Positions 36,712 to 45,836 of a stretch of DNA of 64,000 nucleotides are shown here, one piece after another (position 1 is the first letter of the stretch; every line of letters begins with the position of its first letter). The notes under the pieces are model-generated. The model did not search any database, was not told the DNA's origin, and saw only the letters and a list, made by a program, of their open reading frames with translations. Source of the DNA: an uncultured Alphaproteobacteria bacterium (lineage in GTDB: Bacteria; Pseudomonadota; Alphaproteobacteria; Paracaedibacterales; CAITNM01); assembly GCA_903893805.1 (NCBI GenBank), contig CAITNM010000011.1:32081-96080 (forward strand), in the 5' to 3' direction. A program made the position numbers and the translations under genes.

Positions 36712-37473
36712 ATGAAAACTATTCAAAAAATCACTTTAAGTGTTTTCACTGCTCTAATAGCAATACCGCAGCTTTATGCACCGGATATGACCTTTGATGT
36801 TCCAACAGGCACGGGCACCTATAGTGGTGACAACACCGCAACGGGCAAGGCATACAAAACGGGTACTGGTACGGCCGTTTTTAGTGGAGCAAATACCTTT
36901 GGTCAGGTTGAAATTGACGCAGGCACAGTCTCAGTTGGTTCAGCAGATAATTTGGGTAACCCCACTGCCACCATATTTAATGGCACTAGCGTGATCCTTA
37001 AAATAACCGATGACATGAATACAGGCGCACTTACAATGACCACTGCCGGCAGTGTGCAGGTACAATCAACCAAGACGGCCACACTTAATGCTGCACCATC
37101 TGGTTCCAATATATTGTCAGTAACAGGCACAGGTAAAGTAGCTGTAGCAGCTGACTTAAGCACTTCATCCACACCAATGGCTGTTTCTGGTAGTGGCACA
37201 ACTTTGGGAGTGAGTGGGGGTAGTGGAAAGTTACCAACCGCAGCTATATCAGTGGCTTCTGGGGCTATTTTAGAACTTGGCACATCCGTAGCAAATGGAG
37301 CAGTTCCCGGCACTGTTGACATTGCTTCTGGAGGAATTGTAGCCGTTGCAGCCAGTGTTAACGCTCCAAGCAACGTTTTTTCAAATGCTACTATTCCTGT
37401 CTTTCATGGTGGCGCTATCTTACAATTGGGTGCCGGCGCAAGATTTTCCCAAGCGATTACTGTGGTTCCTTAA
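36712..37473 (+). CDS. Secreted protein homologous to the C-terminal module of the NHL protein
   Basis: ATG 36712 follows AGGGAG. The signal-like start is MKTIQKITLSVFTALIAIPQLYA. The last ~150 aa align with the tail of 33921..36698 (..LSTSSTPMAVSG.., ASGGIVAVAASVNAPSNVFSNAT..HGGAILQLGAGA). Confidence 0.7.
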   Translation: MKTIQKITLSVFTALIAIPQLYAPDMTFDVPTGTGTYSGDNTATGKAYKTGTGTAVFSGANTFGQVEIDAGTVSVGSADNLGNPTATIFNGTSVILKITDDMNTGALTMTTAGSVQVQSTKTATLNAAPSGSNILSVTGTGKVAVAADLSTSSTPMAVSGSGTTLGVSGGSGKLPTAAISVASGAILELGTSVANGAVPGTVDIASGGIVAVAASVNAPSNVFSNATIPVFHGGAILQLGAGARFSQAITVVP

Positions 37474-37570
37474 CTTTTGAGTGGTAATTTTTCCCTTCAA
37501 CGTCCTTAACACTTCCTTAAAACACCTGTGCTAGTGTATAGTTACGCACATGAATAAAAATGATTTTTAA

Positions 37571-38020
37571 ATGCGGCATAATTTTTTAGAAACAATTACC
37601 GGCGCGATAGTTCTGCTAGTGGCGGGAGTTTTTTTCGCTTTTGGGTACCAATTTTCAAGCTCCTCGAGAGTACCAACGGTCAGAGTATTTGCAAACTTCG
37701 ACCGAATAGATGGGGTTTCAATCGGTAACGATGTACGCATGGGAGGAGTAACCATTGGTCACGTAGGCCATGTAGGCATTAACAAAAAAACATTCAAAGC
37801 TATTGTTGCTATGGATGTTGATGCCTCTTTAAAAATTCCAAAAGATAGTTCCGCTGAAATTGCTAGCGAAAGCCTAATGGGCGGTAAGTATGTGAATTTA
37901 GCTCCTGGTGGAGATGATGAAATCTTAAAGTCGGGTGACACCATATCTTTAACCCAATCATCGGTAAGCCTTGAAGGGTTACTAAGCAAGTACATTTTCA
38001 GCAATAACGATAAGAAATAG
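37571..38020 (+). CDS. mlaD: MlaD-like MCE-domain protein (outer membrane lipid asymmetry)
   Basis: N-terminal TM (ETITGAIVLLVAGVFFAFGY) followed by an MCE domain (GVSIGNDVRMGGVTIGHV, SESLMGGKYVNLAPGG). Confidence 0.75.
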   Translation: MRHNFLETITGAIVLLVAGVFFAFGYQFSSSSRVPTVRVFANFDRIDGVSIGNDVRMGGVTIGHVGHVGINKKTFKAIVAMDVDASLKIPKDSSAEIASESLMGGKYVNLAPGGDDEILKSGDTISLTQSSVSLEGLLSKYIFSNNDKK

Positions 38021-38069
38021 ATTTATTCCTTATTTTCCACGAGAGCAAGATTTTCTATATTTTTCCAAG

Positions 38070-38094
38070 CCCCGTAGTCAAACTGCGGGGTTTT
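38070..38094 (+). terminator. Intrinsic terminator after mlaD
   Basis: CCCCGTAG-tcaaa-CTGCGGGG-TTTT. Confidence 0.7.
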
Positions 38095-38138
38095 GATTAG
38101 AATGCGATATTAAATAACCACACCGAAACAGAAAAATA

Positions 38139-39920
38139 ATGGCCACAACATTACTGCGCCTAAAGGATGCATGCGTTCGCTTTAGCGGCACGCCCGTTTT
38201 TGAAGGGCTGACTGCGCAAATTTTAGAAGGTGATCGCATCTGCCTGGTAGGGCGTAATGGCTGTGGTAAATCCACGTTGCTTAAGGCAATTGCCAAAATT
38301 TATGAACTCGATGATGGTGAGCATTTCTTAATGCCTGGCCAAAAATTGGTGTACCTAGAGCAAGACAAAAATTACCCGCTAGATATAACAACATCGGAAT
38401 TATTAGAATCATATGGTGCAAAGCCGCACGAGGGCCGTTCCATTCTTGATAAATTAGGCATTGATCCTGAAAGCACTTTAAACAATGCATCAGGCGGGCA
38501 AAAGCGTAGGTTTGCGCTTGCAGAAAGCCTGGTGCGAAACCCAACTATTCTTCTACTTGATGAACCTACCAACCACCTTGATTTGCCTAGCATTCAATGG
38601 CTAGAAGAATACCTGGCTCGGTTTCGCGGCGCTGTAGTAATGATCAGCCATGACCGGCGTTTTTTGGAAAACACGTCAAACACCACCTGGTGGATTGATC
38701 GTGGCACTTTGCATGTGAACAAAAAGGGCTTTAAAGACTTTGATGCTTGGTCAACAATATTAATTGAAGATGAAGAGCGTCGTTTAGAAAAGCTGAATAC
38801 CCGCCTAAGGTTAGAAACTGACTGGTTGCATTACGGAGTAACAGCCCGACGCAAACGCAACCAAGGACGCTTGCAACGCCTGCATGAATTGCGCAGTGAA
38901 CGGCGTGATGTTATGCAAAACAAAACCCGCTCCATTGATGTGAACCCGGTTAATTTACCCCGCGGCAGTAAAATTATTATTGAAGCCAAAGATATTACAA
39001 AATCCTATGGCGACAGAACCGTGGTGCAGCCGTTTTCGTGCCGCATTTTGCACCAAGATAAAATTGGAATCATTGGCCCAAATGGTGCTGGAAAAACCAC
39101 CCTGGTTAAAATGTTGGTAGGAGAATTGCTACCTGATTCAGGCAATGTAAAGCAAGGTACTACCTTGAAAGTTACCTATATTGACCAGATGCGATCAGAA
39201 CTTAATCCAACCGATACCTTATGGGAAACCATGTGCCCTGAAGGCGGTGACCAGGTATGGATTGGCAATGAAACCAAGCATGTGGTGGGATATTTAAAAG
39301 AGTTTTTATTCACTGATGCTCAAATTCGTGGCCAAGTAAGCATTTTATCAGGCGGTGAAAAAAATCGCCTACTCCTCGCAAAAGCCATGGCAAGTCCTGG
39401 AAATTTGCTTGTGCTGGACGAGCCCACCAACGATTTAGACATGGACACCCTAGATTTGCTGGTTGAATGCTTGCAAGCCTACCTGGGCACACTGATTGTG
39501 GTAAGCCATGACCGTGACTTTTTGGACCGCACGGTGACCTCTACTTATGTGGTATCGGGTGCGGGTGAAGTCGATGAATACGTAGGCGGCTATAGCGATA
39601 TTCAGCAATACTTAAAAGCCGCACCAAAAGCTGTGGCGAAAGCAAAGCCAAAAGATGATTCAGCAAAATCAGCGCCATCCAAGCGACTAACCTATAACCT
39701 GCAACGCGAATGGGACGAACTCCCTAAGAAAATTAAGGTGTTTGACAAACGCATTGCAGAACTTGAAGCATTGCTGGACGATTCTACCCTTTATGAAAAA
39801 AACCCGCAGCAATTCAAAGCGTTGAGCGAAGAATTGCAGCAAAACCAAGAAGCAGTGGACACCGCAGAAACTCGCTGGTTGGAACTTGAAATGCTGGCAG
39901 ATGAAATGAAAAGTAGTTAA
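38139..39920 (+). CDS. ABC-F family ATPase (Uup-like)
   Basis: Two ABC cassettes (GRNGCGKST / SGGQKRR / LLLDEPTNHLD and GPNGAGKTT / LSGGEKNR / LVLDEPTNDLD), no TM domain, and a C-terminal coiled coil. Confidence 0.88.
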   Translation: MATTLLRLKDACVRFSGTPVFEGLTAQILEGDRICLVGRNGCGKSTLLKAIAKIYELDDGEHFLMPGQKLVYLEQDKNYPLDITTSELLESYGAKPHEGRSILDKLGIDPESTLNNASGGQKRRFALAESLVRNPTILLLDEPTNHLDLPSIQWLEEYLARFRGAVVMISHDRRFLENTSNTTWWIDRGTLHVNKKGFKDFDAWSTILIEDEERRLEKLNTRLRLETDWLHYGVTARRKRNQGRLQRLHELRSERRDVMQNKTRSIDVNPVNLPRGSKIIIEAKDITKSYGDRTVVQPFSCRILHQDKIGIIGPNGAGKTTLVKMLVGELLPDSGNVKQGTTLKVTYIDQMRSELNPTDTLWETMCPEGGDQVWIGNETKHVVGYLKEFLFTDAQIRGQVSILSGGEKNRLLLAKAMASPGNLLVLDEPTNDLDMDTLDLLVECLQAYLGTLIVVSHDRDFLDRTVTSTYVVSGAGEVDEYVGGYSDIQQYLKAAPKAVAKAKPKDDSAKSAPSKRLTYNLQREWDELPKKIKVFDKRIAELEALLDDSTLYEKNPQQFKALSEELQQNQEAVDTAETRWLELEMLADEMKSS

Positions 39921-39993
39921 AAATACAACTATTTACTCTTCGTTAACATTTTGATGCTACATTTCAAGCGAAAACCATTTTTGAAAAAACCTT

Positions 39994-40389
39994 ATGCGGA
40001 GCTTCTTAATACTATTCCCAATATTTACTGCACTATACGGAGCAACACCACCCGTATTAGAACAAGATATCCAAATAGAAAACTCTAATCCACCACACAC
40101 TCAAGCTAGCAATATGCAAAGTATTATGCTGCACTTAAATAATTTGGTGAGTATATCCAAACAAGCCGAACAAAGAACTCTAAGCTCACACGATCGCTCG
40201 CTCATTAATAAAAATTATGAGCAAGAGGTGTCAGTAATTTCAGCTTTATTTTCAGTGTTTTCTACTATTAACAATACAGAAAATCTTATTGCATCTTTAT
40301 TTGCTATAGACTTACACACCGTCGTAAATGCTGAGGATGCTCTACCAGTTATTGAGAATGTAATTAAACAAGTAAAGGAATTACCCTGA
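39994..40389 (+). CDS. Hypothetical secreted protein
   Basis: 131 aa with the signal-like start MRSFLILFPIFTALYGA. It is followed by a terminator hairpin. Confidence 0.55.
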   Translation: MRSFLILFPIFTALYGATPPVLEQDIQIENSNPPHTQASNMQSIMLHLNNLVSISKQAEQRTLSSHDRSLINKNYEQEVSVISALFSVFSTINNTENLIASLFAIDLHTVVNAEDALPVIENVIKQVKELP

Positions 40390-40403
40390 TATAAAATGAA
40401 ATT

Positions 40404-40427
40404 CCATGGGGCATGCCCCGTGGTTTT
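40404..40427 (+). terminator. Intrinsic terminator (hairpin motif shared with 56551-56574)
   Basis: CCATGGGG-catg-CCCCGTGG-TTTT. Confidence 0.7.
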
Positions 40428-40499
40428 ATGAAAAATGAACAAACTAAAATTGTTAGCCTCAATAGTCAGACAAACCAAGGTGCAATTGATCGCAAACTC

Positions 40500-40600
40500 T
40501 AGTAAAATAATTCTGCTGTTACCCACTGAACTCTGGCCCACCTATGTCCTTTCAGGGCTCTGGGAGACGTCCCCACCCTTCTCACGAACATTCAACTTGT
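40500..40600. repeat. Copy of the dispersed palindromic element family
   Basis: CAGGGCTCTGGGAGACGTCCCCACCCTTCTCACG matches CAGGCTCTGGATGACGTGCCACCCTTCCAGG at 33642-33672. Confidence 0.55.
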
Positions 40601-40659
40601 AATTCTAAAACAAATTCGCTAAAACATGCATAAATAAAATAATCCATAAGAAAAATAAA

Positions 40660-41280
40660 ATGTCATTCAAAACAACATTACGTGGATTATTAATTGCTGC
40701 ATCATTTTCATCAACGAACCTAGTTGCAACTTGTCCTGCAGTCTTGCTAAGTAACGAAACAATTGCAGCGAGTTGCTGCCGACTTGTGTGCAACGCAAGT
40801 GATGTTGCAAGTATGTGTGCTAGCGCATTTGATGCCATCGGAAACCAGACAAACGCACCCGCTACACCGCTTTCGTCATGGTCAACGTATACTGTTAATG
40901 GATTGAAGAATATTGCATCCGTGTTTTTTCCTATCAGTTCTATTATTACAGGAGTTGCAGCCGCTGCTAATTCTAGCCGTTCAAAATTTGCTGCTGAAAG
41001 TGCGGCCACTGGAGTGTACTGCCATTTGGGTATAACCGCATATCATTTCGGACTTCTATCCGCAACTTCAGATGCCTCAATTCAAAGCAAAGCAGACGAA
41101 GGAATGATGTATTCGCTGCTAAAGACAGGCGGGTATTTTGCGGCTAATGTCCTCTGTCTAAATATCTTCAATATAAAACCTGAAAACCTTTCCACCAAAA
41201 TAGGTTCTGCACTTTTAATAGGATTAGCTATTGAAGATTTTTATAATTGGAACCTGAAAAGCTACGCCAGCGTAGAATAA
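40660..41280 (+). CDS. Hypothetical protein (secreted or membrane)
   Basis: 206 aa with an ATG start. Third codon positions are A/T-rich like neighbouring genes. Preferred over the antisense ORF 40605..41009. Confidence 0.45.
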   Translation: MSFKTTLRGLLIAASFSSTNLVATCPAVLLSNETIAASCCRLVCNASDVASMCASAFDAIGNQTNAPATPLSSWSTYTVNGLKNIASVFFPISSIITGVAAAANSSRSKFAAESAATGVYCHLGITAYHFGLLSATSDASIQSKADEGMMYSLLKTGGYFAANVLCLNIFNIKPENLSTKIGSALLIGLAIEDFYNWNLKSYASVE

Positions 41281-41431
41281 GACCTTTGTTTAATTCTCTG
41301 GTGAGCAGAAATACTCACCAGAGTTTTTTGGCGCACGTCATCATCCACCACCCATCAAAAAATTAGCTAATGACATTATTTTATGAAATCGCTATAAGTG
41401 GGTCATAGTATTTAACAATGTATTTCCCCTT

Positions 41432-43312
41432 ATGTTTCGTTTTCTTTTCACCCTTATTACCGCATTTTTTCTAACGTTGAGCGCTGAAAAAGCTCATGGC
41501 ATCGCTCGGTTTGGCAAGCCACTATACCCTCAAGGGTTTAGTAACTTTTCCTATGTTAACGTAAATGCCCCTAAAGGTGGCACATTGCGTTTAAGCACGA
41601 TTGGAACATTTGATACGGCAAACCCCCACGCAATTAAGGGCACAAAAGCTGAAGGAGTTATTAACTTATGTTTTGACGCCTTAGCCTATAGAAATGCCGA
41701 AGAACCTTTTACATTATATGGTTTGATTGCTGAATATATAGATATATCTGCAGATAATTCTCAGATTACCTATTACCTTAATCCAAATGCCAAATTTCAT
41801 GATGGCAAGCCAATTACAGCAGAAGACGTAAAATTTACGTACGAATATTTAGCTGAGCAAGGTGCACCTGTTTACCGTAACTATTATGGAAAAATTGAAA
41901 AAATTGAAATTCTTGATCCTCTTACTGTTCGTCTTACCGTTAAAAAAGAAGCAGATGGAACTTATAATGCCGAGCTACCATTTAGTCTTTCTTTAATGCG
42001 CCCTTTGCCTAAACATATTTTAGAAGGCAAGGAATTAGCATCATTCAGTTTCGATATTTTTCTTGGATCAGGTCCATACAAAATTGAAAAAATTGACCAA
42101 GGTCGTAGCATCACTTACGTGAAGGCGCCAAATTATTGGGCTGAAAATTTGAATGTAACCAAGGGCATGAATAACTTCGAGCGTATTCGCATTGATTATT
42201 ACAAAACATCTCAGACACAATTCCAAGGATTCACAGCTGGTGAGTTTGATGCCTATTTTGAAACAAACCCTAGCAACTGGGAGACAGGCTATGATTTTCC
42301 AGCAGTGAAAGATGGCAGAGTTGCACGCGTTGACAGAACTCATGAAAAATCAGTTCTTGTTCGGTCATTTTTATACAATATGAAGCGCCCTATTTTTGCA
42401 GACTGGCAAGTACGCAAAGCATTGGCATTAGCGTTTGATTTTGACACATTAAACAAAATGATTTTTTCAGGCTCAATGCAGCCAATGGATAGCTTATTTG
42501 CAAACACATACCTGGCTCATAAAGGTGCTGCAAGCGATGGTGAAAGTAAAACTCTAGAATCACTCAAAGCACAAATTCCTGCTGAACTCTATGAATCAAT
42601 GATCAAAACCGGATTTGTTCCAGCGCGCACCAAAGGTGATGGTGATCAACGAAATAATATGGAACTAGCAGGAAAGCTACTAGATAGCGTTGGTTGGAAA
42701 ATTGTAAATGGTGTGCGTACCAACAGCAAAGGTGAACCTTTAAAAGTTGAACTTATGTACAAAGATACAAAGCTTGAAAAAATCACGTTAGCGCTTAAAG
42801 AAAGTCTAAAAAAACTTGGCGTTGAACTGGTTATTCGGGTGATGGACAATGCCCAGTACGAAACCAGAGTTGATGATCGTGATTTTGACATGATCATACA
42901 TGCAGCGCAAAACAGTTTATCTCCTGGAGTTGAACAAGTGTTTTACTATTCTCAAAAAATGGCAGACACAAAAGGCAGTAGTAATTATGGTGGATTAAAA
43001 GATCCAATCGCTGAGCAACTAGCTGTAAGCCTGGCTGATGCAAAAACACCGGAAGAATTAACCGTAAGAGCACATACTTTGGATCGTTACTTGATGAATA
43101 TGTACTATCAAATTCCAATGTTTTATGACAATACCAGCCGTTTTGCCTATTGGGTTAGCAACATAACGTTCCCTGAAATCAATCCAAAGGTTGGCACGAA
43201 TGTAATGGCTTATGGATGGAAACCAGAAGTGGCTGCAGCACCAACTACTGGTTGCGCAACAGACGGAATTTTCTGCCGTATCAAGGCTTTTTATAGGTCA
43301 TTGTTTTTTTAG
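41432..43312 (+). CDS. ABC transporter substrate-binding protein, family 5 (YejA/peptide-type)
   Basis: 626 aa with a signal peptide. The layout is that of a family-5 SBP (FHDGKPITAEDVKFTYE, GSGPYKIEKID, PNYW). Confidence 0.75.
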   Translation: MFRFLFTLITAFFLTLSAEKAHGIARFGKPLYPQGFSNFSYVNVNAPKGGTLRLSTIGTFDTANPHAIKGTKAEGVINLCFDALAYRNAEEPFTLYGLIAEYIDISADNSQITYYLNPNAKFHDGKPITAEDVKFTYEYLAEQGAPVYRNYYGKIEKIEILDPLTVRLTVKKEADGTYNAELPFSLSLMRPLPKHILEGKELASFSFDIFLGSGPYKIEKIDQGRSITYVKAPNYWAENLNVTKGMNNFERIRIDYYKTSQTQFQGFTAGEFDAYFETNPSNWETGYDFPAVKDGRVARVDRTHEKSVLVRSFLYNMKRPIFADWQVRKALALAFDFDTLNKMIFSGSMQPMDSLFANTYLAHKGAASDGESKTLESLKAQIPAELYESMIKTGFVPARTKGDGDQRNNMELAGKLLDSVGWKIVNGVRTNSKGEPLKVELMYKDTKLEKITLALKESLKKLGVELVIRVMDNAQYETRVDDRDFDMIIHAAQNSLSPGVEQVFYYSQKMADTKGSSNYGGLKDPIAEQLAVSLADAKTPEELTVRAHTLDRYLMNMYYQIPMFYDNTSRFAYWVSNITFPEINPKVGTNVMAYGWKPEVAAAPTTGCATDGIFCRIKAFYRSLFF

Positions 43313-43333
43313 GCAGTAATGTTGCTTTCTATT

Positions 43334-43378
43334 GTCATTCCCGTGTAGGCACACTAGTGTGTTTTTCACGGGAATGAC
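43334..43378 (+). terminator. Nested palindrome or terminator-like repeat after the SBP gene
   Basis: GTCATTCCCGTG (43334-43345) and CACGGGAATGAC (43367-43378) are perfect 12-bp inverted repeats. The inner palindrome is ACACTAGTGT followed by TTTTT. Confidence 0.6.
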
Positions 43379-43408
43379 TTCAACTTGTTAAAGCGTTTTA
43401 AAAACCAT

Positions 43409-43437
43409 TTGCTATTTAAAATTCTCAGCAGTACATT
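43409..43437 (+). promoter_or_regulatory. Putative sigma70-type promoter of GNAT paralog 1
   Basis: TTGCTA-17 nt-TACATT, lying 34 nt upstream of ATG 43471. The whole block is duplicated upstream of paralog 2. Confidence 0.35.
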
Positions 43438-43470
43438 GCCATCAGTGAGCCTTTCTGAGCAAAGAGAAAC

Positions 43471-44424
43471 ATGTATCGTTTACTCGCTTTATTTTTCATC
43501 ATGCATGGTTTGCATGCTTCTACACCTTCCCAACTTTTTGAACCTGAAATTGAAGATGAATTACTAAAATACCAAGAGTGTATATATCCATCTTTGCCTC
43601 CTAAGCGTTACGAATCTCCTAATACCTCTCCTAGTTTGTCTCCAACTAATTGCGGTGAAATTGTCGATGAGCGATTTAAAATGGTTCCTATACAACCAGA
43701 TTTCGCGGAACCAATGGCTTCAGCTTATGGATGCCCTGAGACGATGAAATATTATGGAAGAGGACAAATCCTAGATGTTAACGAAGTGCGTAAGCGATTT
43801 GAAAAACAAGCTCAACAGCAAAATTCTGAACAAGAACCAACTTCTCGTGGTTGGGGGATCATTACCCATGAAGGGGTATGTGGTGTGGTTTTTGCTTACA
43901 AACCAAGATCTTGTTCAAAAACTAAAAAAGAATTAGAGATAGCACGCATCCTAGTGCCTGCAGCACAAGGACGTGGGTTAGGTGGAGCGGTACTTGAAGC
44001 TGTATTTGAGTATATTCCAGACGCAGGATGGAGAGCGAAATCTGATCCCAAAAATGTAGCATCTTGGAAATCACGAAAAAATGTAGGGTTTGTCCTCGTA
44101 GAAACAAAATTTGATAAACAAGACGGTGCCCCTAGAAGATTTGAGCAACGCCTTTCTAATAATGAAATTGAAGGCAGAACTCAAATTAGGTTTAGTTATA
44201 GTGGCGACATTTTTTCCTTAGCAAGCTTGGAACGTGAGTATGCAGACCAATGCCTGCGTGAAGATAAAAGCCGAACACACTTTTCACCCATCGAAGTGGC
44301 TCCATCTGAAAGAATTTCTCCTGTCGGTGTAGATGAGCTTATTCATGAAGAAGTCGGTCAGAGCAAGGCACAGAAAAAAAAGAAGAAGCAGAAAAATCCT
44401 CTCAAAATTAAGTTACCTGCTTAG
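43471..44424 (+). CDS. Secreted GNAT-family acetyltransferase-like protein, paralog 1
   Basis: Signal-like MYRLLALFFIMHGLHAS. GNAT core EIARILVPAAQGRGLGGAVLEAVFEY (Q/R-x-x-G-x-G/A motif) and SDPKNVASWKSRKNVGFVLVE. K-rich tail. Confidence 0.7.
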   Translation: MYRLLALFFIMHGLHASTPSQLFEPEIEDELLKYQECIYPSLPPKRYESPNTSPSLSPTNCGEIVDERFKMVPIQPDFAEPMASAYGCPETMKYYGRGQILDVNEVRKRFEKQAQQQNSEQEPTSRGWGIITHEGVCGVVFAYKPRSCSKTKKELEIARILVPAAQGRGLGGAVLEAVFEYIPDAGWRAKSDPKNVASWKSRKNVGFVLVETKFDKQDGAPRRFEQRLSNNEIEGRTQIRFSYSGDIFSLASLEREYADQCLREDKSRTHFSPIEVAPSERISPVGVDELIHEEVGQSKAQKKKKKQKNPLKIKLPA

Positions 44425-44457
44425 GTTTGAGGGCTTGTAAAAAAACAAAAAAACCCT

Positions 44458-44486
44458 TTGCAATTTAAAATTCTCAGGATTATATT
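44458..44486 (+). promoter_or_regulatory. Putative sigma70-type promoter of GNAT paralog 2
   Basis: TTGCAA (44458-44463)-17 nt-TATATT (44481-44486), lying 34 nt upstream of ATG 44520. Confidence 0.4.
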
Positions 44487-44519
44487 GCCCTCAACAAGCT
44501 TTAACAGGCAGAGAGCAAC

Positions 44520-45836
44520 ATGAACTGTTTACTCGCTTTATTTTTTATCATGCATAGTTTGCATGCTTCTGCAACTTCCCAACCTCTTCAAGACCAATTG
44601 CCAAAATATGAAAACAGAAGCGCATCTCCCACTCTGCGTAGTATGTCTCCTGTTTGTGAAATTATCGATGATCATTTTAAGCTAATTCCAGCACGACAAG
44701 GTCTTATTACGGCAATAGCCCCTATTTTAAAAGACAGAAAAGTAATGAAGTTTTATGGCACAGGACGCCCTATGGGCTTTAAAGAAGTAGAAGGAAGGGT
44801 TACAAGGTTAGAACAACAGCTATATTCCGAACCAGACCCTACTTCCCGTATGTGGGCAATCATGACTCATAAAGGAGTATGTGGAGTTCTTCTTTTTTAC
44901 CCATCAAAATTTAATTCAATAGCTCAACAAGTCTCTGAAATAGCTAGAATTTTATCGCTTTCTGAACAAGGAAAAGGTCTAGGCAGAGATGTGCTTAATC
45001 GCTTGTTTGATCATTTTCCACACATGGCTTGGAGCGGAAAATCTCATCCCAAAAATATTGCCTCACGCAAATCAAGAGAAAATGTGGGGTTTAAACACGT
45101 AGAAACAAGGTATGATGAACAAGATCGCGCGATTAGAATATTCGATAGACGCGATTCTAATAATAAAATTGATAGCAATACGCAAATTCGCTTTGCCTAT
45201 AGTGGAAACACTGTTTCCCTGGCAAGCTTGGCAGGAGAATTATCACTCGCTGAGCTGTTAAGCTTTACAACTGAAGGAACCAATGTACGTCCCTTAACTT
45301 TACAAGATTTAGATCAAAAGAACATAAGAACTATTTTTGTTACGCACTTTGAGAACACGCTGTCTTTTTCCATGGTACAATTAGTTTCTAACCAAGAAGT
45401 ATCTCTTAAAAGCACAAATATAAATGACTTACTACAATATTTAAATGTTAGCCTTATCTATTTCGGAATATTTAAAAAATATAGCGGTAACATTATTAAA
45501 ATGTTTAGTATACAAGCAATAAAGAGTCATCCTTCTGATGACCTTTCTAAAAAATTATATAAAAGCCTATTGATGGTAGATGAAAAATTCAGGAAATTGT
45601 CTTACGAGAAGGAAAAATGCAGACAAGAAGTTGAACACGCTTTTCATAAGCATTATCAAGACCATAGATTTATTCCCAGAAGGGCGGTTGATTCATGCTC
45701 TGCACTTTTCGCAGGAGTAATTGATTCTGTAGCTAAGTCAGCAAGGGCAGCTAGAATGTCTAGTAATTCAATGCACAATCGTAATACAATCAGCACGCCA
45801 GGGGCTGCAAAACCTCTCACATATGTATATTACCCT
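44520..45836 (+). CDS. Secreted GNAT-family acetyltransferase-like protein, paralog 2 (no stop before trmL)
   Basis: Signal-like MNCLLALFFIMHSLHAS. GNAT core EIARILSLSEQGKGLGRDVLNRLFDH and SHPKNIASRKSRENVGFKHVE, followed by an extra ~190-aa region. The reading frame continues uninterrupted to 46301. Confidence 0.65.

Noticed and set aside
34172-37373. Multiple alternative-frame and antisense ORFs inside the NHL and PATR genes
   Set aside because: The repetitive Gly/Ala/Thr-rich coding sequence keeps other frames open. None has a start context or an independent motif.
40215-41009. Minus-strand ORFs 40215..40541 and 40605..41009
   Set aside because: The first spans a terminator hairpin and a repeat-family copy. 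The second is antisense to the longer ATG-initiated ORF 40660..41280, which has better third-position A/T bias. The strand choice for the latter remains uncertain.
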